A stretch of DNA of 64,000 nt from NCBI GenBank assembly GCA_951406725.2, contig OX597814.1, forward strand, positions 149,978,001-150,042,000. Direction: 5' to 3'. A program made the position numbers and the translations under genes. The notes below the pieces were generated by a model. The model had not been told where the DNA came from. It saw only the letters and a list, made by a program, of their open reading frames with translations, and did not search any database. The stretch is from Octopus vulgaris. Taxonomy: Eukaryota. How positions within the stretch are numbered: position 1 is the stretch's first letter; every line of letters begins with the position of its first letter. Shown here piece after piece: positions 1 through 24,496 of the stretch.

Positions 1-660
1 ATCAGTTCCAGATATACAAATTACCTTCAAAAATTATTAAGAGAATCTTGACATCCCTTCATCAGGCTACATTTTAATCTTAAACACATCTAATGGCTCT
101 AGTTTGAAACATAAATTCCACTGAAAACACACTATGAAGAATAACCACGTTATTATTTTAGTAACAGAAGTCTCTTACGTTAAAGTAGCTTCATCCTCTA
201 GCAGTAAACCTATCTGACATCCGCCACCTTAAATCTTGCAATGCTATCAAGGGTAAGTTATATTTATAGACATGTTAACATTCCTTGTTTCTGAATTTCT
301 ATTTAAGAAAGCAAATCTTTGAAACTATTTTATCCTTAAGAATCAAAACCACTGAGGGATTAAATTAAGTGACTAGAAAAGTTACAACAAATTTATTGTC
401 TCCGTACCGAAATCAAAGAAAAATAGGGAAAAATTAAGAAGTGCATGCGCTCGTGAAGTAAAATCAAAGATAGCACAAGAAGAGCCCGCCAATATTATTT
501 ACTTTCACTATTTATTAGACGAAATATAATAATTCAGCACTGAAGAGAGAACTGTCACTATATAATGCTTTGAATGATGATCATGCCTCAAGGAAATTAT
601 CCTCAGTAGCCTACGACATTATTTGGGAACTCTTTCAAAATTTTCTTAAACAATAGACGT

Positions 661-1047
661 AGGAGTGGCTGTGTGGTAAGTAGCTTGCTTAGTAACTACA
701 TGGTTCCGGATTCAGTCCCACTGCGTGGCACCTTGGGTAAGTGTCTTCTACTATAGCCTCGGGCCGACCAAAGCCTTGTGAGTGGATATGGTTGACGGAA
801 ACTGAAAGAGAACGTCGTATACGTATATATGTAAGTGTGTGTGTGTATATGTTTGTGTGTCTGTGTTTGCCCCCCTCCCCACATCGCTTGACAACCGAAG
901 CTGGTGTGTTTACGTCCCTGTAACTTAGCAAAAGAGACCGATAGAATAAGTACTAGGCTTACAAAGAATAAGTCCTGGGGTCGATTTGTTCGACTAAAAG
1001 AAGTGCTCCAGCATGGCCACAGTCAAATGACTGAAACAAGTAAAAGA
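661..1047 (+). mobile_element. tRNA-derived SINE, family A (also ~9735-10030 -, 58328-58738 -, 58891-59262 +)
   Basis: A/B-box-like head GTGGCTGTGTGGTAAG...GGATTCAGTCC, central (TG)n, tail ATGACTGAAACAAGTAAAAGA. Confidence 0.85.
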
Positions 1048-1049
1048 GG

Positions 1050-1091
<42 letters not shown>

Positions 1092-2265
1092 AGTAAATTC
1101 GAAAATAATTTAATTTCAATGTTGTCTGGATAAATGGTAGCGAGCTGGCAGAATCGTTAGCACGGCGAACGAAGTACTTGGCAGCATTTCGTCTGTTTTT
1201 ACGCTCTGAGTTCAAATTCCGCCGAGGTCGACTTTGCCCATCATCTTTTCTGGGTCTATAAAATAAGTACCAGTTGAGAACTGGGGTCGATGTAATCGAC
1301 TTACCGCTCACCTTGTGCCCCAAAATTGAATGTAATATTGTCTGGATAAATTTTTATGCCCTTCAGTCAAATTCTCCCCCACTTTCTCCTCCTCCGAGAA
1401 TTTCTTTTCACCCTCAGCTGAAAAAATTCAGGTCTAGAAAAATCTCCAACAACGAATATTGCTTGATATTTTGTTAAAACGCAGACGTTTAACATAATGA
1501 TGAAATACGATCATTTTTAAACGTAAGTGTATATGTGTATGTGAGTGTATGTGTGTAACAAACTTTGGTTGTAGGACAAACAACAAATTTAAGGTCATCC
1601 ACTTAACATATCACATCTCGAACATTTAATCACGTATAAAGAAACAAATTGCTTTTTCTTATACATAGAATTCGGATTCACAAAATCACAGAAGATGAAG
1701 TGTGTGTGTGTGTGTGTGTGTGTGCGCGTGTGTATGTGTGTAGCAGTGTTGTATGGTGTCGTCAGGGAGGAATCGGAATATGAGAAAAGTTGCCGATTTG
1801 GCCGAGATCACCCAGGAAATCAGAGAGGTATTAAGTGTGGTGCAGAAAACAGATATTGGGCTGTTGTAAGGCATGAAACCCATAGCTATTTTGCAAGAAC
1901 AACAAAGACATATGAGATATTATGATCACACCAATTTGTTATGTTGAAGGAAATAGCTGCAACTAAAGGCTTAAGAAGTCAATAGCATAGGCAATATGAC
2001 GGGTAATCGTGCATTTAAGGCACCACCACAACTTCCATTTATTTGCTCTTTCTTCTTATTGATAACGTTGACACAGCCTTGTCATTTTTGTGGTTGACAA
2101 CGTCATGACAACACAACGAACTTCACACGGAGATGACAACTTCCTTTCCCTTACTGTCCGATGTCCCTATGTTTATATCTTTCACATACATATTTAAGAT
2201 TTGTAAAGTACATGACCTCTATCACTTGCACTGTCTGTCTGTTTCTCTCTCTCTCTCTCTAACAT

Positions 2266-2312
<47 letters not shown>

Positions 2313-2439
2313 TTCCAACATGCCCACATATCCTCCTTCTCCGAAAGAGAGAGAGAGAGAGTTTTGAAGAGTAAAAGAGCGTGAGGGAATTAAGAGAGGA
2401 TGAGTTGCAAACAGTAAAAAAAAGGGATAGATAAGTGGT

Positions 2440-2553
<114 letters not shown>

Positions 2554-2996
2554 GCTAACTAGCTAACTATGTAAACTAACTAAGAGGAAAGATTAAAGAG
2601 AAACTGAAAAAGGAAGAAAGCAGGATTTGTCGTCACGCAAATTTAAGTGCGCCGTGATAAAGTATTTTAAAATGATTTTCGACTTCCCACTAAAATTCCA
2701 AATCAACTTTGCGTTTTGCCTTTCTTCTACTACGGCTCCTTTTCAACTTACTATTTTCCTCTAACTTTCTACTTGACAGAGAGCAGGATGAGAGTTGGTT
2801 GAGATTTGGCTGCTATTCCTCGAAGTAAATGTTATACAAACTTTCTTGTGAGATGGTGAATGATAATGGATTTAAAATTTGGGGCACAAGGCCGGCAATT
2901 TCGTGAAGGGGCTAAGTCGATTACGTCGACCCCCAGTTCTGAGAGGGTACTTATTTTATCGACTCCGTCTGTTTGTAGTCTCTAAATGATAACTCA

Positions 2997-3041
<45 letters not shown>

Positions 3042-3685
3042 ACGTGGCGGGAAGGGTTGAGGAAAGAGTCTGCTTTAACGTTGCGTTTTTACGTGTTCGT
3101 CTTGTGCACATGTTTAATCCTTGCTGTTACTTTCGCACCATGTTTTCACACTGGTGTTCGGATATTTTCCAATAAAGAAAAGTACAGAAATAAAGTAGGG
3201 GCTTTCGGTAAATTTACTCAGAGGGGGGTAGCAAAATACAATATGGCAGGACGCTGCATGATGTGTAACATCATAAGAAAGAATGTGAAGTTCAGAATAT
3301 CTACATCTGAATATTTCTTCATCAAAAGTATGCAGTGCTTCAATATATTAATATTTTCCGTTAAGCATAAGTTGTAGGGGTTTGACCGCTAAAGAATAGG
3401 GTGATTCCTTCCAGAATAGAACGTGCCGTCAGTTAACTCGCTTTTAGCTTTCCTCGGCAGAACAACATTTGGACAGATATGGTATATTTCTTGTGATGCT
3501 TTTTTGCAAGCTCCCTATGTTAGTTTAGTTTGCTTTTGCTAGATCGGTAGGTGAAACAGTACTGCCGTTTTATTTCTCGGTGGTAGCAGCCTGAGAGGCA
3601 ATACCGTCACTCATGTAGTGATGCTTCAGAGAGCAATTCAGTGTAGAGGTTACCACCTATTTGATTAAATGTGGTGGTGTGTTTC

Positions 3686-3742
<57 letters not shown>

Positions 3743-6739
3743 CCAAAAGAATTAGAGGTTGTGAATCCAACCAACTAAGGGATAATATCTATCCGATCTA
3801 CTGCTGGTAGAATACCCAATTATTAATACACAAGTGTTTTTTCATTGCATGGCAATCACACTATTGAATATAATAAACAGATGAGGGTAAAACCTGTTTT
3901 ACTCTTAATTTATACGGCAATACGAAACCCAGAGGCACAGCCAAGTACCTTAAACTTATCTACCTAATAGTTCAGTTCACTGAAGGGATGGGAGTAAAGT
4001 GGGGTACTATGACCTCTTGGCTGAAACAGCTGTAAGAAACTATTCTACTTTCTATGTTCTAGGTTATATATTTTAATAATTACTGGTGTTTTTATATATG
4101 TAAAGCATATGTTATACATGTATGTATATTGTTATAATTTTTTTTAAATATATAAATAGACATAATATAATGTCTAGAAGTTGATGAATACCACCTCTTG
4201 ATCTCCTCCATTTTCTTATTGCTGTATATATATGTGTGTGTGTGTGTGTGTTTGTGTGTGTGTGGAGAGAGAAGTACTCCAGCGAATTTATCAAAAGCAT
4301 TCGCTATTAGAATAGAGAGCAGCAGTTGGGCAATGGTATGTGCCCTTGGTGGTCGAGGAGATCCTAGATTGCGAAGTTCCTTGATTGGTCCTAAATAGAC
4401 GGTCTCCTGTATTAGGACTGCATCACCCATATATACATATATATATATATAAATACTTTGATAGGTTTCGGCCATTATTGGCCCAGGCCATGTCTAACTT
4501 AATAGCACCAATATATATATATACTTATATACTATGTATGCATTATATCTCGTTTCTCTTCTTCCTCATTCTTTTATATAACCCCCCCACACACACAAAT
4601 TGTAAACTGTCTCATTTGTTCGCCTAAAAGTAATTATTCTTCTACTTCTCATTATTATTAGTGGTAGTTTTGGTTTTAAATTATGGTACAAGGCCAGCAA
4701 ATTCTTGGAAGAGTAAATCGATTACATTGGCATCAATGCCCGACTGGTACTTATTTTATCGTCCCCGAAAGGATGAAATGCAAAGTCGACCTCGGCAGAA
4801 ATTGAACTCAGAACATAAAGTTGGATGAAATGCAGTTAAGCATTTTGCTCAGCGTGCTAACGATTGTACCACCTCGCCACCTTATTAGTAATAGTATAAA
4901 GACGGCGAACTGGTAGAATCGTTAAGAAGGCTGTGCAAAATGCCTGAGAGAATTTCCTTTGGCTTTACGTTTTGAATTCATGTGCCACCACTGCCAATTT
5001 TGCATTTCATTGTTTCTGAGTCGAAAAATAAGTACCAATTGAGCACCGGCGTTGATGTAATGAACTTACGTCCTCTCTTAAAAAGAAAACAAAATGCTTA
5101 TCCTGTGCCAATATTTGGAACAATAAATATTATTTTGCCTTTCATCCTTTTGGGGTCGATAAACAAAGTACTGGTATTGCACTGGATCGATGTAATCGAC
5201 TAACCCCCTCATCCCACCAAAACTGCTGGCCTTGTGACAAAATTTGAAACAATTATTATTATTATTATTATTATTATTAACGAACTGGACGAGTTGCTCA
5301 GCGATATTTCGCCCGTCGCTACGTTCTGAGTTCAAATTCCGTCGAGGTCGACTTTGCCTTTCATCCTTTCGGGGTCGATAACTTAAATAACAGTTGTGTA
5401 CGGAGGTCCATATAATCGACTATCCCCTTTCTCCCCAAATTTCAGGCCTTGTGCCTTTAGTGGAAAGGATTATTATTTCGCTCGCCTTTACAGTCTAAGT
5501 TAAAATGCTTCAGAGGCTGACTTTGCCTTTCATCCTTTTGTGGGCTATTAAATAAAGACCAGTTGAGCACTGGGATCGATGAAAACGACTTACTCCCTCT
5601 CCCGAAATTGCTGGCCTTGTGCCAAATTTTGAAATCATTATTATTGTTCGTATTGGGTAAGATGTTTGCTATTGTTCACCAAAACAGTGGCTACTCATGC
5701 ATTTGCTTTATCACCGTGAGTTTCCGTTGGATGGTTGGATTATAAGCTCAGGAGATTATTGTTTCTACAAGCTGAAACTTCTGAAGGTGTCTGTAGTTTC
5801 CTAAACCCGTCAGCTCTACCACTGCTCCAGCACCAACACCATTTCGTTTCTTAATATTTTGTGTGTGGGTGAGAAGAACAGTCAAACATATCGATCCCGG
5901 CACTGTTTTATCGACCCTGTAAGATGGAAGGAGTTGGTAACTTTCGTGGAATTCGAACTTAGAACTTAAATACAAAGGATTCTTGTCCGATGTTCAACCA
6001 TTAAGAATAATATCATCTCAACAATTTGGTTCCGAAACTTTGTAGTAACAATGTTACCAGGAGCGGAGTAGATGAAGCCAAAAACTTTTACCAATACTAA
6101 CATGTTCTTCTGGCTGAAGCTTACAACGAAGGGGTGTAGCACACTTTTTAAATGCAAGAGAGATAGCTTATTTGACTTGTTTTTCGCTCCTAAACTCAGA
6201 AAGTGTTTCCATAGAGCATATTGCCGTTCGTCGGTAAAACCAAGAATCTGAGCACAGATTTCAATATTTGTCTTATTGTTTTGATTTTCTCACCCACCAC
6301 TCGGCATCTGTATCAGTCAAGACCATTTCCGTATATACAGCAACCTTTGTGATAATCCTCTCCCTCAGCTCTTCCCATACAAATCAACATTTACACTCAC
6401 GGGACCAGTTACCACGTTCAATGCATGTCATATTCGGTCTATCTTTCGGAATTAGAGAAATATTTGCCAACGGAGCTCACAGCTCCCATCACATTTTTTA
6501 CTCCTTTACATTACTCTAGCGACTACTCTCATTACAACCACAGCCAACATTGTCGTCCAAGCATCAGAAACTAAACCACATTGGGTGAGTCGGTTGAGCA
6601 TAGTATGTGTACCTCGTGACATGGGTGCATCGACTGCTATTTCTAACGTCAGAAGTGCGGGATCTCTGAAAATTCTTTTGATGATCACCATATTTTTATT
6701 TATCTTGTTTGATTCTCATCTACATCTACCGTTTTTACA

Positions 6740-7128
6740 TCTTTATATATAAAAGTAAGGTTGTGTGCTGTCTGTCTCCTACGATTTAGATTCCTAACTA
6801 CTCCCACATTTTGCGGTGCAGTTTAACCAAAACCGGGTATCTTATCGTCGTGATTCATATCGAGCCCTTCTGGGTATTAGCGCGCGTCTACGATGAGTCT
6901 ACGATTTAAAAAAAAATTTACCATCAATTTTCCCCATTTTTAATGCATTTTTGGCATATATAAGGGAACTAAAAATTTATTATTAAATCTCAGAACGTAA
7001 AAAGCTACAGTAACCCCCCCACCTTTGTGGTTAGCCATATTGAGATGGCTATTATACTTTACATCTCTAAAAATGCTTATATAGTTATTTCCCTTACAAA
7101 CCCGAGCAATGCCGGGTGATACTGCTAG
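6740..7128 (+). mobile_element. Non-autonomous Helitron
   Basis: 5' TC, 3' CTAG, subterminal CCCG..CGGG hairpin, inserted between A (6739) and T (7129). Confidence 0.8.
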
Positions 7129-7199
7129 TTCTTAATTAAAAAAAAAACCTAAATATCACTTCCAAAGTGATATATTGGGTTTCATTAACCGTTATTAAA

Positions 7200-8450
7200 T
7201 AGCATTTATATCTTTACTATGTCATTCTTCAAAACTCTGGACCATTCTTGAAGGTTTGGAAAATGTCTGAAGCTTCAAAAAATTCTGCAGTAAGAAAGAA
7301 TCACATTATCAGTATCCAAGTCCAACTATTCCAAATCCCCGACGTTATCGATTCAATCAGTACGTGAACAGTTGTTGCATGGATAGGACTTCAGCTTGTG
7401 CATCACACTTTGCTGGCTTTGTACATGGTCTGAACGAATCTCCACCTTGCCTCCTCACAACCCATCAAATCACAAAACGCAGGATTTGTACAAAAAGCTC
7501 CATCTGATCGACGATTTCAGCATTGACTCTAATGAACTTCGAGACACTGTGACTAAAATTAGTTTATCCTCACAAGCCCCAACATTATAAAGGTGTCGCA
7601 GATACTTTCAGAAGTTCGTCCCTTAATCTTGTTTTTACTTACCCTCACATTGAATTTATAGTAGTTCATAACCCCCTTCCAGATTAAACTGATAAGTAGG
7701 TAGGTGTTGCGAACACCTTCATAATTAGTTTAACACGACTGGAACTAACATCAAGTTAGCTACTATGCATAGGTTTTATCATTAACATTTCCTGTTCAAC
7801 AAGCTATCATACAGCCACTCACTTTTCAGCCATAATGTCATTCTGGTTAATATTGTAAAGCTGTGTTCAAATATCACCACAATACAGAATTAACTAACAA
7901 TTTCTTTCTTGGATAGATAAACCACATGACAATCGCTGATAAAGTTACCCGCACACTCCTTTCTGTTATCAGCCCTATCCCACTACTATATTATTTACTG
8001 CATTGCTGGGAAGCATCTCTACACAAAAGTGGAGTAATTAAAAAAAATTTTTAATGGTATAATCTAACGCTAAGTTTTACGGAACAGATGGATCTCTTTG
8101 ATACATTTCCAGCATTCATCGTTGGATCAGCTTATTCTTCAATCTAAAATCAAAACCAATCTATGGTTTTATCTTCAGGGTTAAAACGAGGTATATTTTA
8201 CTCGTTCAGCTATGACCAGTCAATTGATGTTTACATTGCTAAATGCGAAAATCGTGATCCTTTTTATTGCTCCTGCCTTAGAGACGCCTATACACACCGG
8301 CTGACATGCTAATTTCCTAAGTATCTAAAGCATAAAGTCTCTTACATCTAACCTTACCTGTTCAACTGCTAATGCTGTTTGTGCAGTTAACACATGCTAC
8401 ATTGGCTCTGTCATTTAGCTTACATTATTCATTTACATACAGTTTCTGGT
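7200..8450 (-). mobile_element. Highly degenerate Penelope-like RT/GIY-YIG remnant (may extend to ~5750)
   Basis: Frameshifted QSVMHKL..PCNNC-like remnant near 7365-7420; no intact ORF. Confidence 0.35.
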
Positions 8451-8905
8451 TATCACTACTCCATTTTGAGCATGAATGAGAAACCTGCAAAATGCAAGAC
8501 CTTTCTGGAAGAGGACTGGATTTTGCCTAATACATTTGCCAGATAAGACCGGAGCCTGGTGCAGCCTTCTGGCTTCCCAGATCCCCGGTCGAACCGTCCA
8601 ACCCATGCTAGCATGGAGAACGGACGTTAAATGATGATGATGATGATTTATGTATTAAATTCTTCCATGTTCGTTAACACGATTTAAATTTATATTTCTA
8701 AGTTGAGTGATAATGATAATACATACATGTTCACAATAAAAACTATTACATTTTTCTATATCTAATTAAATATAAAAACGTTCCCCATCTTTGGCCTATT
8801 ACATACACCTGCACCAGAGTTCTCACTAACCCCTAGGTTTTAGGCAAGAACCAAATTATAATACATCTGCTCAAATATAAATTGCCATGATAAATGATTA
8901 ATCTA

Positions 8906-9240
8906 CATTACATTCAACGGATATTTGTCCATATCTTGTTTGTTAACACAATGTTTCAGTTGATATACCCTCCAGCCTTCTTGAGGTGTCCACGAGCATA
9001 TGGCGTAGTTGGTTAAGAGCACTGGCTACTAACCCCAAGATTCTGAGTTTGATTCCAAGCAGTGACCTAAATAATAATAATATCGAAAAATACCTTACGT
9101 TCGAAATTTCCCCAAGATACCTGAAGAAGGCTGGAAGGTATATCAGCCAAAACGGTGTTATAACAACAAACAAGATGAGGATAAATATCCGTTGAATGTA
9201 AATAATGTACATAATTCCTCATCTCCTACATATAGAACTG
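8906..9240 (+). mobile_element. Short Penelope-type element with inverted pseudo-LTRs, tRNA-like segment and degenerate hammerhead
   Basis: 15-bp TSD TAAATGATTAATCTA (8891-8905, 9241-9255); ends are inverted copies; shares sequence with 59265-60050. Confidence 0.75.
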
Positions 9241-10116
9241 TAAATGATTAATCTATAAAAAAAAAAAAATTTTCTTTTTTAATTTTTAAAATGGAGGACG
9301 TCTGAGATCCCATCACAGTCTATACTAGGTAACCACTTTTGAGGAGCCAGTTGCATGATATGACTCATCAGGAGGGTCACACGACCAAGACCATTGAAAA
9401 TAATTTGTTAGTAATGTCATTTGCAAAGTTTGCCCATAACTAATTTATACTGTATTTGAAAGTAAATTTTAAGGCAACTATTTTGACATTTTCTTCTGTT
9501 GTTAGCCAAGCCCTCAGTGTTGCATCTCGAATTTATGCATCAAACTATTGCTAGAATAATTCATACATCAGACATTACTTTCAGCTTTACAGGCCTTGTG
9601 TCTATAACAGAAAGTACTTTCATGATATCTGGAAAGCTAAGCCAAAAAAAAAAAAAAAAAAATGCAGGAATAAACTTAAGCCATTTGCTCCAGTACTTGA
9701 ATGTATATCAATACTACACTCTTTCATATCTTATCTGTTACTGTTTCAGTCATTTGACTGAGGCCATGCTGGGGCACTGCATTGAAGAATTCTAGTCAAA
9801 TTAATCAACATCCATCTCTTTTGCTGACTTGCTACGTCACGAGGATGTAAACACACTAACCCTGGTTGTCAAGCAGTGGTGTAGGACAAACACGGATACA
9901 CATGACAGGGTTCTTTCAGTTTCCACCTACCAAATCTACTCAAGACTTTGATCAGCCCAAGGATATAGCAGAAGGGACTGAACCCAGAATCATATGGTTG
10001 GGGAGCAAACTTCTTACCACATAGCCACACCTATATATCTCAATTCATTTCTTCCAACCCCAGCCAAACCTTCACATTTAAAAAAAGACATAACAAATTA
10101 CTTTGATAATATACAA

Positions 10117-10122
10117 TTTATT
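10117..10122 (-). terminator. Candidate distal HSP60 poly(A) signal (other candidates at 11457-11462 and 11709-11714)
   Basis: AATAAA on the minus strand followed by a GT/T-rich tract, at the edge of a SINE-free 3-kb block after the stop. Confidence 0.45.
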
Positions 10123-13100
10123 TTTTATACAAAAGAATTAAATGATTGATGATATGCATTTTCAATACTTGACTTCATTGTTAGAGATGCGGCAAAATGA
10201 ATTTAAAAATAATGAAAGTTAATCATTATTAAATTACCAAAAAAAAAAAAAAAAAAAAATCATAGATATCTTAGCTCAGCCTAAACTGGTATGATTAGAA
10301 CAAGATTTTGATGTTGAAGAAATATGTATATATGATTATAATAGAATTTATTGAAAAGCCTTTTAAATTGAACAAGCTATTTTTAAAAGGATAGAAGCAA
10401 CTGGGAGATAGGAGCCGATATAAAATCTATATGTTAGACATATATAACGACTAATACTTTGATGCAAAAAACTTTGGAACAAGTTCATAAAAGGCCATAA
10501 TGTAACCAGTTTGTAATACTTGTCTAATTACAAGGCAATATGGATAAACAGCAGATCAGTAAACAAAGACTGGTTCTTGCCAGCAGCAACAACTTTTATG
10601 AAGGAATAATTATCATCACAAATAGCCTGACAAAAAAATTGAAAATAGGAAGATTCCCTATCTTAATATTGCCAACATTACTTGGGGATAAGTGAAACTA
10701 TGTCAGATACATCCTGGGTATGAAGAAAGGCAGGAAGACCATTAATGATAATAGACTCTTAAGGAGAGAGAGAAAGAAAAAAGGTCATTCATTGGTTCAG
10801 CAGAAGATACAAATAATGCTCTCTTCAGACATAACCATATACACCACACTAACAAGAAACTTAGGTGGGGTAGTATACTATTTATCATTAGTAAAACGGC
10901 AACTGACAAGAATGGAACCACTGGTAGATGAACATTTTATTATCAAAAGTAGGAAAACTAGCCTCATCAAGAGTGCCACTGCTCAAATCTTAAAACTCCT
11001 TCAAAGGTTGCAATAAGATTTGAAGAAAAAAAAATGACAGTTTCAAAGAAGTGAACAACACAGATGCATAAACTTCAACAGCTTATTCCAACACACAACT
11101 GAGCAAGAGGAAAGTAATTTCATTGAAGTCTGAACAGTAAATGATGCAAAAGTAGGCAGTCATACAGCATTGGATGAGCCTCTGACAACAAACTGTTTCA
11201 CCTTACGTTCTCAAAACTGTACTCGGGTACTTCAACAGGAGTAAGAGAAAGCAAGGCTTAACACCAACCAGTAATCCTTTAACCATAGTGATTTGTTTCA
11301 AATACATTTACAGCAAACAGCCCAGCAGAGTTGTGGAAGCAGATAAAATATTATATTTGGAGGGACGTAAATTACTTTGGACATCATGCAGCATTTGAAA
11401 CATCACAGTTTTTGTTACATTACACCAACAATGAATTAATGTAATTATATCACTGTTTTATTTCTTTGATCAAAGGATCACCAGTAAACAATCTATCAGC
11501 CCCACAATTGTAATTTGGACAATCCCTTCTTAACATCCAATAAATACTGAATAGTCATAATTCAAGGCAGTAATATAGATATTTTCAACAATGCTGTAAA
11601 ATAACCAATCAGTTAAATGCTTATTTTTCGTATTAAGTAAGCAATCAAATTCTATATCTCTCAGTCTGGCTGAACTATGATAAAGACAGTTAAAACATTC
11701 ATTTAATATTTATTGATCACAAATCAACTAAAACAATATTTAGAAATTCAAACCGAAAAAAAAAATATTGTTTACAAAATAGAACTAAAGAGCAGCTCCC
11801 TAAGAAGTCAAGTATGAATTCAATGTTGGAGAGATGTGTGCCATTACAGAAAAAAAAAAAGACTAACTTCTAAATTTAAATCAAACATTTTGCTTTCCCC
11901 CATCGAGACCAGGAAAAGGAAGTTATTCCTCTAACAAACTGAAGAGTGAAGTAAATGTCACAAACATAATGGAAAAGAACAGTTAAGAAAAAAAACAAAA
12001 AAAAACCATTTAAGCCCAAGATATTTCTGGTTACCCACAAAACTAGTTTGGTTTCTTAACACATTAGCAACAAACAGTCCTGTAAAAATACCACCACTAA
12101 CTTTTGGAATTTAGAACAGTACATAAAACATGCATGTATACAATCTATGTATATGGTCATTCATAATGGATATGTGAGCAGTACAGAATATGAAAACCAG
12201 GACCGTTTCTCATGTAAGCACAAAACCAGCAGTTTCTGTGAGGTGGTGGTTAGTCAATGCTATTGATCCCAGTATATGCCTTCAAGAACATTATTTTATC
12301 AACTTACAAAAAAGGAAAGACAAAGTTGACCTAAGAATGTCAAAATATAGTGAGTTATTGATTAAGATGGTATTGACTAAGACTTTCACTTCTCAAAGCT
12401 GGATATGTGCTCAAATTAATAAAATATCTGAACAAGAACTTTAGCACCATGAAATAGTTCATTAACACCACCAAAACTATATCCTTTCAATTGCATCAAA
12501 TAATTAAAATTTATGTGCCCAGCAGAATTAAGCTTAAAATGAGCAACCTTTAATATTCAGGACTACAAGCATCTCTACCTTAGCTATGACAACAGCATGG
12601 ACTCTATCCCAAATACACAAGTCACTGTCAACCGAAGTAATGGTCAGTTATGACCACATTTGATAAGATGGTCATTGCTGAACAATATTTGCTCAAGCCA
12701 AACTGATTTCACTTTGAACAATAATCTGTTTTTTTTTGTATTCAACACTAAATGCTACAGGGGCCAGTGTCTCTTGGGCAATGATGGGTTTCTTCAATGG
12801 AATTCCATGATTTAATTATGACATATTGCATATATACAACTTGTTTATGACCACCCATCCTAACAGCTATCCTATCTCAACAGAAGCAATAAACTGAGAG
12901 TTGTTAGAGAACTCAGTAGATTATTAACTTGAAAGCGTTTCAAAGAATTGTGAATAAATAAATATACAAACAACTTAAGAGAAACAATCAGTTAAACAGT
13001 TGCTACCATTAGATCTATGTATAGAAAGATATCTTGTACTTACTGACAGCATAACTATGAACAGTTGGGAACGATTGTATGGGGGAGAGAAAAAAAAAAA

Positions 13101-13179
13101 AAAAATCACACCCGACAAATGTTTTATACATCATGAATCAAATTATGTGAATCAATGAAATGTCTAAGTAACTGCATTA

Positions 13180-23094
<9,915 letters not shown>

Positions 23095-23848
23095 TAAATG
23101 AAAATCAGAATGTGATTAGTTGAACGTTTATTATCACCCAGCTCTGTAATTTAACAAATAGAAGTGTTTAGATTCACACATACGTCATCATCATCGTTTA
23201 ACGTCCGCTTTCCATGCTAGCATGGGTTGGACGATTTTGACTGAGGGTTGGCGAACCAGATGGCTGCACCAAGCTCCAATCTTGATCTGGCAGAGTTTCT
23301 ACAGCTAGATGCCCTTCTTAATGCCAACCACTCCGAGAGTGTAGTGGGTGCCTTTTACGTGCCACCGGCACGGAAGCCAGTATCTATTTATAAGTAAATA
23401 TAAGAAACACATGTTTTACTTCATTTCACAGCCACTAAAATTTTCAGTGTAAAAATTCAGTGAGTTAACTTGGTATGAAGAAGAGAAAGACAAGTCTTTA
23501 TTTCTTCAAAGAAAATGTGTGTGTGTGTGTATACATATATATACACACACACACACTCACTCACATGCAGTCAGGTCAGTCACAAGTGCTACTGGCAACA
23601 GTCTGGTACAACCTACTTATTGCATGATCAGGTTGTCAACAAAGAAAGACCGGTCTGGTGAGGAGAATTGCAAGAAATTCAATAGCTGGAAAGCAATATC
23701 TATTAAAAAAAAGAAACTGATGTACCCAGTGCAGGGTAATATGACCATCAATAACACAGTTACTTCAAACTTCCAGTTTGGAATCTGCCATGGCGAAAGA
23801 ACACCAAGAGTCGAGCAGCCCTTGGCTTTCATTAAAGAAAGCTTTTAA

Positions 23849-24054
23849 CCCTTTAGCATGTAAACCAACCACATCTGGACCAAATAGTCAACCACTTTTA
23901 TGCTCAGACTGGCCAGATATTCCCTCTCACACATACCCAACATTGTTTTTCTAAACATAAACAGTCACATCATTGAAATCTGAAAGCTGAGTAATTCAAA
24001 CTAAAATGAATATATAAGGATTATAGTTAACAGAATAATCTGAATGCTAAAGGG
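23849..24054. mobile_element. piggyBac-type MITE (relatives at 40123-40337, ~22330-22550, ~43190-43630, ~50475-50670)
   Basis: TTAA target duplication, CCCTTTAGCA...TGCTAAAGGG termini. Confidence 0.8.
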
Positions 24055-24367
24055 TTAAGAAGGCACCACTGTTTTACCAGCTACACTAGCAGTATAACTG
24101 GGCAAGAAGGTGATCTGGGCTCAGTAGCCTTGGAAGGCAGCCAGACTAGAAGATCAACTCTTGAACATAAGCATTCTCTGCTTGTGTCTGCAAAGAGGAG
24201 TCAATACAGACAGTAAATCAGGAGAACTTTGCACCTCCATCAACACCACCAGACCCTATCCACCCCAAAGACAGTTTGAAAGTGGGCAAGAAATGGATTT
24301 TCAGCCATGATAAGGAGAACATCTACCTACTTATATATCCACACACACATTTTCTGAAATCACAAAA

Positions 24368-24496
24368 ACATGTCACAAAATTTATGCCTTCACTGTTACA
24401 AAGAAACAATGAAGGAAAGTGATAGTGTATTTATGTAGCAACAAACAATTATTCCAGAGAGAAAAACTCAAGAAATATACATAAAAATTGTTGCAA
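24368..24496 (-). ncRNA. Unassigned H/ACA snoRNA, copy B
   Basis: 3' half nearly identical to copy A; H box ACAUAA differs only at an N position; identity stops just after ACA. Confidence 0.68.
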
